From assembly GCA_963662285.2 (NCBI GenBank), contig CAXXMV010000002.1, positions 1,568,001-1,632,000 of the forward strand: DNA of 64,000 bases. Reading direction: 5' to 3'. Below, one piece after another: positions 28,993 to 36,464 of the stretch. The notes beneath the pieces are model-generated. The model was not told the DNA's origin, searched no databases, and saw nothing but the letters and a program-made list of their open reading frames with translations. The DNA is from a bacterium. GTDB taxonomy: Bacteria > Hinthialibacterota > Hinthialibacteria > Hinthialibacterales > Hinthialibacteraceae. Positions within the stretch are counted from its first letter, which is position 1. Every line of letters begins with the position of its first letter. A program made the position numbers and the translations under genes.

Positions 28993-31215
28993 ATGCCTAC
29001 TAAAATAATGAAATATAATCCCGCCTTTCTGAGCGAGAAGGAACTGATCGACTCGTTCGTAGTGCGTCATACTGATTTTGAACTTATTACTGATATTGTG
29101 CGTGATAACGTTGATCCGTCTAATCAGCATGTTTTGGTGATTGGTCCGCGCGGTATCGGCAAGACTACCCTGGTTTTGCGCGTGGCCGCTGGAATTTCGC
29201 AGGATAAGGAACTCTCTGAACAATGGTATCCGCTGGTGTTCGGCGAAGAGAGTTACGGGGTGTGCACGCCGGGGGAATTCTGGCTGGAGGCGCTTTTTCA
29301 TCTGGGTCGGCAAACCGGGGAAGCGCGTTGGGAAAAGACTTACAATGAACTGCGTGAGATTAAAGATGAAGATACGCTCCGTGAAAGCGCCCTGGCCCAG
29401 CTGATGGATTTCGCCGATGAAAAGAACAAGAGGATTTTGCTGATCGTCGAAAATCTTCATCAATTACTCGGCGACCAGATCAGCGACGACGAGGCCTGGA
29501 CGCTGCGCCATACCCTGCAGCACGAACCGCGCGTCATGATACTGGCCACCGCCACTACCCGCTTTGAAGAGATCGAAAACCAGGGTAAAGCCATGTTTGA
29601 ACTCTTCAAGACGCATGACCTCAAACCGCTGGACACCGATGACTGCCGGAAAATATGGCAAGCCAACACCGGCAACGCATTCGACAACGAGTTAATCCGC
29701 CCCATCCAGATTCTGACCGGAGGCAACCCACGGCTTATCACTATTATTTCCCAATGCGCCAAGGATATTTCCCTGCAAAACCTTTTGGAAAACCTGATTG
29801 AGCTGGTGGACGACCATACCGAATATTTCAAAACCCATCTGGATAACCTGGCGCCGGTTGAGCGCAAGGTGTATCTGGCGCTGGCCGAAATCTGGGAACC
29901 GGCCACCGCCAAAGACGTGGCCGCCGCCGCCCGTCTGGATGTTAACAAAACCAGTTCTCTGCTGGGCAGACTTATAAAAAATGGCGCCGCCGTGGTTATA
30001 GACGACCGCAAGCGCACTAAGAAATATTACGTAGCCGAACGGATGTATAACATCTACTACCTGATGCGAAGAAGAGGCGGCCCCTCCAGCCGGGTCAAAG
30101 CGGTCATACGTTTTCTGGTTCCCTTTTATGGGCATAAAAAAACATTGGAACTTATCACAGACGAAGCATGCCGCCTCTCACCCGAATTACGTAAAGATCA
30201 TTATGCAGCGTATGAAATCCTACTTGATGAGAGTCCTGATAAGTTACGAAAAGAGTTATTGAAATCTACGCCCGCTCAGTTTATTGAAGCGGAAGATATT
30301 CCCGATGCGCTTAAGAAGCGAATTACATCCGAACTTAAAAACGATTCTGATTATAAAGTTAAAGAATTAAGATTGAAATCTAATGAGTTATTTAACAAAG
30401 GAGACTATAAACAAGCAGAAAAAATTGAAAGACAGATTATTAATATTTATCCAGATAAAGAAAGCGCTTGGTACAATCTAGGTTTATTGTTAAAGAATCA
30501 AAAATGCTATGAAGAAGCTGAAAAAGTATATCGCAAAGCTATCACGATAAAACCGGATTACGTTAATGCCTTGTACAATCTAGGAGTATTGTTATATGAT
30601 CAAAGGCGCTATGACGAGGCAGAAAAATTATATTGCAAAGTAATCGCTTTAAAACCTAGTTACATAGATGCTAGGCTATATCTAGGCTTATTGCTATATA
30701 AACAGAAGCGTTATGACGAATCTAAAAAAGCATATATCGAAGTTCTTGAGATACAACCTGATAACATTAATGCCTGGAACAATCTTGCCTGTCTTTTCCT
30801 TGAAACCAAAAGATACGAAGAAGCCGAAATGTATTCCAGGAAGTCATTGGAACTTTCACCTGACAATTCTACTTTTAAACATACACTGGCATTGATATTA
30901 GTTGAGATAGGCAAGATTGATGAAGCGTTTGAATTGACCAAATCATTGATTAATGATGCTGCATTGATTGATGATTTTAACAATGATGTTAATGAGTTAA
31001 TTATTGCGCTTGCTGCGAAGGGGGGGGCTACTCAGTCTATTGAAATTCTGCAAGACTCTTGCTGCGCTGAGAAGTTGGAGCCTTTGATTGTTGGTTTGCG
31101 TTTGTATATGGGTGAGGATGAGCGGGATATCCGGACACCTTTGGAGGTTTTAGAAATTGGGAAGGATGTTAGGAAGCGGATTGAAGAGCGTATGGCGAGT
31201 GGAGATAATGATTAA
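28993..31215 (+). CDS. ATPase + winged HTH + TPR-repeat protein
   Basis: Walker A 'GPRGIGKT', 'LLIVEN', 'LTGGNPR', HTH 'ATAKDVAAAARLDVNKTSSLLGRL', TPRs 'AWYNLGLLL', 'ALYNLGVLL', 'AWNNLA'. Confidence 0.88.
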   Translation: MPTKIMKYNPAFLSEKELIDSFVVRHTDFELITDIVRDNVDPSNQHVLVIGPRGIGKTTLVLRVAAGISQDKELSEQWYPLVFGEESYGVCTPGEFWLEALFHLGRQTGEARWEKTYNELREIKDEDTLRESALAQLMDFADEKNKRILLIVENLHQLLGDQISDDEAWTLRHTLQHEPRVMILATATTRFEEIENQGKAMFELFKTHDLKPLDTDDCRKIWQANTGNAFDNELIRPIQILTGGNPRLITIISQCAKDISLQNLLENLIELVDDHTEYFKTHLDNLAPVERKVYLALAEIWEPATAKDVAAAARLDVNKTSSLLGRLIKNGAAVVIDDRKRTKKYYVAERMYNIYYLMRRRGGPSSRVKAVIRFLVPFYGHKKTLELITDEACRLSPELRKDHYAAYEILLDESPDKLRKELLKSTPAQFIEAEDIPDALKKRITSELKNDSDYKVKELRLKSNELFNKGDYKQAEKIERQIINIYPDKESAWYNLGLLLKNQKCYEEAEKVYRKAITIKPDYVNALYNLGVLLYDQRRYDEAEKLYCKVIALKPSYIDARLYLGLLLYKQKRYDESKKAYIEVLEIQPDNINAWNNLACLFLETKRYEEAEMYSRKSLELSPDNSTFKHTLALILVEIGKIDEAFELTKSLINDAALIDDFNNDVNELIIALAAKGGATQSIEILQDSCCAEKLEPLIVGLRLYMGEDERDIRTPLEVLEIGKDVRKRIEERMASGDND

Positions 31216-31433
31216 AATTATTGGTTTTTTTTATACCCGGAGAGGAATTTGGGCTACGTTGGCGCTTTTAGCCCATTCTACTCGATGAGTAAGAGATGAA
31301 CTTGAAAACAGTGGTTATTATCAACCCTCACCTTGCCTCTCCCAAGTTTAACTTTTTGCTTTTCAATAATCATCTTGCCGCTCTATATTTAAATCAAATT
31401 TTTTAAGTATCTTAAAAAAAGTACATTATTACA

Positions 31434-31461
31434 TTGACTATCTTTTCAAATGTAATATAAT
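31434..31461 (+). promoter_or_regulatory. Sigma70-type promoter for the T-box/leuA transcript
   Basis: TTGACT 31434-39, 16-bp spacer, TATAAT 31456-61. Confidence 0.65.
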
Positions 31462-31481
31462 TCCCGTCTACAAGTAATACA

Positions 31482-31735
31482 AAAGGCTATGAAGAGGAGT
31501 AGTAAGTGGATTATCGGGAATCAAGAGAGCTGGTGGTTGCTGCAAACCAGTATCCCGAAACGCTGAACTCGCCTTGGAGCTGTCTCTGCGAAAGCCGCAT
31601 CAGCGGTTAATAGTCGGGATCGGAACGCGACCGTTATAACGCGGAAACGAGGGCGGCAAAATCATCGCCGCTAAAACAGGGTGGTACCACGGGTCAATTC
31701 AACGCCCCGTCCCTGATCAGGGACGGGGCGTTTTT
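31482..31735 (+). ncRNA. T-box riboswitch (leucine, CUC specifier) with terminator
   Basis: 5' GCTATGAAGAGGAGTAGTA, AG box/distal loop AGAGAGCTGGTGGTTGCTGCAAACCAG, GAA-CTC specifier (31568-70), CCGTTA, T-box AAACAGGGTGGTACCAC (31674-90), terminator AACGCCCCGTCCCTG-at-CAGGGACGGGGCGTTTTT; upstream of leuA. Confidence 0.92.
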
Positions 31736-31908
31736 ATATCTACCCCGAAATAAATATTGCATCTGAAAGGAGGTGGTGAGCGTGTCTGGCCTAACCGCCG
31801 AAGAAAGCGATCTCAGTGATCTCAAAGCGAATTTAACCGGAACTGGAACGAAAACCAATGCTGGCGGAAAACCAAACGCCGCCGCCCAAATGAAAAGGAT
31901 AAACAATC

Positions 31909-33447
31909 ATGAGTGAGAAAATTATAATCTTTGATACTACCTTGCGTGATGGAGAGCAGGCCCCTGGATTCAGTATGAATATACCTGAGAAGGTTGAACT
32001 GGCCTTCCAGTTGCAGCGCCTGGGGGTTGATGTTATAGAAGCGGGTTTCCCTATCTCATCACCGGGAGATTTTGAATCGGTCAAAGCCATCGCCCAAAAA
32101 GTTGATGGACCGCAAATCTGCGGCTTGTGCCGCGCTATGGAGAAAGACATTGACTGCTGCTGGGAAGCTGTGAAATATTCCAAGCATCCACGCATTCATA
32201 CATTTATTGCTACCAGTCAGATTCACATGGAGAAAAAACTGAAAAAATCCCAGAAAGAAGTACGGGATTATGCAGTTAAAGCAGTGCAACACGCCCGTAA
32301 ATATACCGAAAATGTAGAATTCTCCACCGAAGACGCCGCCCGCACCGACCGGGATTATATCTGCGAAGTGGTCGAGGCCGCTATCGACGCCGGCGCCACC
32401 ACTATAAATATTCCTGATACAGTCGGGTATTCCAATCCCTGGGAATACGGCGCATTGATCGAATATGTATTTGAAAAGGTTCCCAATGTCGGGCAAGCAG
32501 TCATCAGCGTCCACTGCCATAACGATTTGGGCTTGTCGACCGCTAATTCATTGGCCGCCATCCTCAAGGGCGCTCGTCAGATCGAGTGTACTATCAATGG
32601 AATCGGGGAACGCGCCGGTAACGCCTCGTTGGAAGAGGTTGTTATGAATATCAAAACCCGCGCTGATTTCTTCGGGTTCCATACTGATATCAAAACCGAG
32701 CATATCTATCCCGCCAGCCGTATGTTGACCCGCTTCACCGGAATCGGCGTACAGCCCAATAAGGCCATTGTCGGCGCTAACGCTTTCGCCCACGAAGCCG
32801 GGATTCATCAGGATGGCGTCTTGAAAGAGCGCACCACCTACGAAATTATGCGTCCCGAATCAGTGGGTTGGGCCGGACATTCCATGGTTTTGGGCAAGCA
32901 CTCAGGCCGTCACGCTTTCGTAACCAGTATGAAAGACCTGGGCTTCAGTTTGGAAGGCGAAGAATTGGAAAAAGCCTTTGAAGCATTCAAAGCGTTGGCC
33001 GACGCCAAAAAGACTGTCTTTGATGAAGACTTGCTGGCTATCGTCGATGAACAATCGCGCTCTGAAGATCAAGTAAAATACATCCTGGAAGACCTGGAAA
33101 TTAAAATCGATAAAAACGACAAGCCGTCCGCCACGGTGAAGATCCGATCCAATGGCGACATCATTGAAGGCAGCGGTTCCGGCGATGGCGCCCTGGACGC
33201 CGCTTATTCTGTTATCAAAAAGTTGACCGGCCTGGAAGACGCCGTGTTGGTTGATTATCGCGTAGGAGCAGTCACTATTGGAACCGACGCTCAGGGATCG
33301 GCTAATGTGGTCATTAAAAATCAAAATAAACAGTACATAGGGCGGGGAACTGACACCGATGTTATCCGCGCCAGCGTTAAAGCGTTTATCAATGCAGTTA
33401 ACAAGTGCTGCATTGAAGAAGAAAAAGAACATGATCCGGCTGTATAG
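31909..33447 (+). CDS. leuA: 2-isopropylmalate synthase
   Basis: 'IFDTTLRDGEQAPG', 'HCHNDLGL', 'NGIGERAGNA', 'AHEAGIHQDG', 'LGKHSGRHA', C-terminal regulatory domain. Confidence 0.97.
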   Translation: MSEKIIIFDTTLRDGEQAPGFSMNIPEKVELAFQLQRLGVDVIEAGFPISSPGDFESVKAIAQKVDGPQICGLCRAMEKDIDCCWEAVKYSKHPRIHTFIATSQIHMEKKLKKSQKEVRDYAVKAVQHARKYTENVEFSTEDAARTDRDYICEVVEAAIDAGATTINIPDTVGYSNPWEYGALIEYVFEKVPNVGQAVISVHCHNDLGLSTANSLAAILKGARQIECTINGIGERAGNASLEEVVMNIKTRADFFGFHTDIKTEHIYPASRMLTRFTGIGVQPNKAIVGANAFAHEAGIHQDGVLKERTTYEIMRPESVGWAGHSMVLGKHSGRHAFVTSMKDLGFSLEGEELEKAFEAFKALADAKKTVFDEDLLAIVDEQSRSEDQVKYILEDLEIKIDKNDKPSATVKIRSNGDIIEGSGSGDGALDAAYSVIKKLTGLEDAVLVDYRVGAVTIGTDAQGSANVVIKNQNKQYIGRGTDTDVIRASVKAFINAVNKCCIEEEKEHDPAV

Positions 33448-34467
33448 GGTGGCTTCGGTGGCTACGCTTCGCTTTTAGCCCACCCTGCGTTTGAGTGGAG
33501 TGGTTTGATTTCGGAGGTGGTTTTCAAGGGTAGAAAAAACACTACCCTTGGCGCCCGAACCGAAGAAAAAGAACATGATCCGGCTGTATAGGGTGGCTTC
33601 GGTGGCTACGCTTCGCTTTTGCCCACCCTGCGTTTGAGTGGAGTGGTTTGATTTCGGAGGTGGTTCTCAAGGGTAGAAAAAACACTACCCTTGGCACCCG
33701 TACCGAAGAAAAAGAACATGATCCGGCTGTATAGGGTGGCTTCGGTGGCTACGCTTCGCTTTTGCCCACCCTGCGTTTGAGTGGAGTGGTTTGATTTCGG
33801 AGGTGGCTTTCAAGGGTAGAAAAAACACTACCCTTGGCGCCCGTACCGAAGAAAAAGAACATGATCCGGCTGTATAGGGTGGCTTCGGTGGCTACGCTTC
33901 GCTTTTAGCCCACCCTGCGTTTGAGTGGAGTGGTTTGATTTCGGAGGTGGTTTTCAAGGGTAGAAAAAACACTACCCTTGGCGCCCGTACCGAAGAAAAA
34001 GAACATGATCCGGCTGTATAGGGTGGCTTCGGTGGAGGGCTACGCTTCGCTTTTAACCCACCCTGCGTTTGAGTGGAGTGGTTTGATTTCGGAGGTGGCT
34101 TTCAAGGGTAGAAAAAACACTACCCTTGGCACCCGTACCGAAGAAAAAAAAGAACATGATCCGGCTGTATAGGGTGGCTTCGGTGGAGGGCTACGCTTCG
34201 CTTTTAACCCACCCTGCGTTTGAGTGGAGTGGTTTGATTTCGGAGGTGGTTCTCAAGGGTAGAAAAAACACTACCCTTGGCGCCCGAACCGAAGAAAAAG
34301 AACATGATCCGGCTGTATAGGGTGGCTTCGGTGGAGGGCTACGCTTCGCTTTTGCCCACCCTGCGTTTGAGTGGAGTGGTTTGATTTCGGAGGTGGCTTT
34401 CAAGGGTAGAAAAAACACTACCCTTGGCACCCGTACCGAAGAAAAAGAACATGATCCGGCTGTATAG
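33418..34467 (+). repeat. Tandem array of 7 units (143-151 bp) bounded by 8 copies of the last 30 nt of leuA; each unit holds two REP-like palindromes
   Basis: GAAGAAAAAGAACATGATCCGGCTGTATAG copies end at 33447, 33591, 33734, 33877, 34021, 34172, 34320, 34467; intervening DNA near-identical. Confidence 0.95.
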
Positions 34468-34495
34468 TTCTTAACTTTAACAATAAGCAATCACA

Positions 34496-34528
34496 AAAGG
34501 GGAAAGTCTTAATCAGGCTTTCCCCTTT
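34496..34528. terminator. Bidirectional intrinsic terminator between convergent genes
   Basis: AAAAGGGGAAAGTC-loop-GGCTTTCCCCTTT. Confidence 0.7.
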
Positions 34529-34536
34529 GTTGCTTA

Positions 34537-35277
34537 TCAAAGAAGACTCAAAACCAATAGGCAGACTCCGGTGGCGGCTAGTTGGATGGTCAGGTTATCC
34601 AGGCTATGGAAGGTTACTGCTTCTACCATCATGGTTGTTATGGATATTAGCAGGGATGCTATCAATACTGTGTCTATCGGGTAATCAAATCCTATTGCCA
34701 GGAATATGAAGCAGCCGGTGAGGGATGCGGTGAATACCGCAAGGCTGCCTTCGATGCTGCGGTATGATTTGATTCCGGTTAAGGTGGGGACTCTGTATTT
34801 GTGTTTTCCCCAGCGAGTCCCGACTGGTTCGCCCAGGGCGTCTCCCCAGCCGGTTGCGATGTATCCGATAATGGCGAATTCTCCAAACATAATGTTGCTC
34901 AACATGCCTCCCAGGGCGGTCATCAGGAAGGGCATGATGATGTAGAACTTCTGGTAGGGCGCATCGCCGGGGCGGGCGACGGCGATATAGAGTTTACTAT
35001 TTTCGCCTACAAGAACCGCATGTATAACAACTATTCCCACAGCAGCGCCGTAAACCTGGACTGCCGGGAAGCCTCCGAGCATGGCGATCACTCCGGCCAG
35101 GGTGAAAATGGTGAAATGGTATATTTTGCGGGTATAACCTACGCGTAACTGGTATTTCTCCTTCAGGAATCCTGCAATGTATCCCGCCACAGCGCCAGCG
35201 ATGATCCCTATAGGCAGGAATATTATCCAGTTCGATAATGATGGAAAAGTCCAGTTTGATAAGAGGTAAGTAGTCAT
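34537..35277 (-). CDS. Phytol/dolichol kinase-like (cytidylyltransferase family) membrane protein
   Basis: 'YTRKIYH', 'GWGDALGEPVGTRWGKH', 'RSIEGS', 'EAV...DNL' motifs; multiple TM segments. Confidence 0.75.
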   Translation of the reverse strand: MTTYLLSNWTFPSLSNWIIFLPIGIIAGAVAGYIAGFLKEKYQLRVGYTRKIYHFTIFTLAGVIAMLGGFPAVQVYGAAVGIVVIHAVLVGENSKLYIAVARPGDAPYQKFYIIMPFLMTALGGMLSNIMFGEFAIIGYIATGWGDALGEPVGTRWGKHKYRVPTLTGIKSYRSIEGSLAVFTASLTGCFIFLAIGFDYPIDTVLIASLLISITTMMVEAVTFHSLDNLTIQLAATGVCLLVLSLL

Positions 35278-35373
35278 GTTTTTATATTAAAATCCTTGGC
35301 GCCCGGCGCCCAGCCCCCCAACAGGTGGTTTGATCAAGGGCTGACCGCAATGCGGTCTTGCCCTTGGCACCCA

Positions 35374-36102
35374 TCATTTTTTGTAATATATATTCCCGAC
35401 TTTCTTGAATGTGTTTTTAGTTTCCAGTTCGGTGTTTGATTGAGTCAATATAGCATTTATGGTTTTACTATCATTGTTATCTATTACTGTTTGTTCGTCT
35501 TTGCGCCCGTTATCGGCTAGCAGCCAGGTTGGATAATCGCGGCAATCGCCGCTTTCGAAAGGGAATATGTCGGCCTGCATACCGGCGATGAATAATGGAA
35601 TTTTAAATGGTTCAAATGAAAAGCGGCAAATTACGAATAAGCCATTGGTAAATTTATGGTTTTTGATGGATGGCAAATACATATCTAGCAGGATATCCTT
35701 GGCGGAGGTCATGATGTAGAAATTGCTTCCAGTGGCCAGGGTCAGTAAGCCGATGTTTTTGATGGTGCAATTGTTGCAGCATTGAGGTATTTTGACGTCC
35801 TTGAGATGGAGGTTGTTTTCGAGGAAATGACAGTTATGGTTGGACCTTCCTGAAATGCAGGGAGGTTCAAGAGGTTTCAGGCAAAAGCCGACTCCAACAA
35901 TATGCTTCTCCCCGCCCGCCCATTGATCTGAGGTTTTGACATCATTCCTGCCATATTTAATTATGCCTTTCAGCGTCATTATTGGATGCCTTAATATGAC
36001 GAGGAATATGAATTTAATGCCGTATTCTCTGATTAAACTACGGAAGCAGAAATCCCATAATTTGATATTCAAGAACGGATTTTTATTTTGGTCGTTTTTC
36101 AT
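35374..36102 (-). CDS. Hypothetical Cys-rich protein (possibly DUF116-like)
   Basis: 242-aa ORF with FCLKP, C...C, CCNNC, IC, GDC cysteines; co-oriented with the kinase. Confidence 0.6.
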   Translation of the reverse strand: MKNDQNKNPFLNIKLWDFCFRSLIREYGIKFIFLVILRHPIMTLKGIIKYGRNDVKTSDQWAGGEKHIVGVGFCLKPLEPPCISGRSNHNCHFLENNLHLKDVKIPQCCNNCTIKNIGLLTLATGSNFYIMTSAKDILLDMYLPSIKNHKFTNGLFVICRFSFEPFKIPLFIAGMQADIFPFESGDCRDYPTWLLADNGRKDEQTVIDNNDSKTINAILTQSNTELETKNTFKKVGNIYYKK

Positions 36103-36139
36103 GATGATGTCTCTTGTATATAACCGGAAGTTATAGCAT

Positions 36140-36171
36140 CAAGGGCAGAAAATACACTGCCCTTGGCACCC
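36140..36171. repeat. REP-like palindrome family A
   Basis: CAAGGGCAG-aaaataca-CTGCCCTTG-GCACCC; identical at 47473 and 54101, variants at 35335 and in the leuA array. Confidence 0.85.
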
Positions 36172-36464
36172 TTGTTTTCTTATCCTTGGCGCCCTTGCGT
36201 CCTTGTTATTAGTAAAGTACTTTATTACATAAAGTACATTCGAATGTTATCATAACGGTTAGTTGAATACAAGGTAACTGAGGGATTTGGTAAAGGGGAT
36301 GGTATTCTAGTTCAAGCAGGAAATGCCTGATATTATAGGGAATTGGATTATTATTTTGAGAAAATATTGAAGTAAATGGCACATTTTTGCATTACAATAC
36401 GTTATGATATAACGATGATATAATTTTTAAGCGTTACATTAAATCTTAATGGGAAGTTATTCCT

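Noticed and set aside
33418-34467. CRISPR array
   Set aside because: The 30-nt repeat is the leuA 3' end, the intervening ~115-bp segments are near-identical rather than unique spacers, and no cas genes are present.
33978-34490. Short ORFs within the tandem repeat
   Set aside because: By-products of the repeat unit; the frame is open only in units with the 4-nt insertion.
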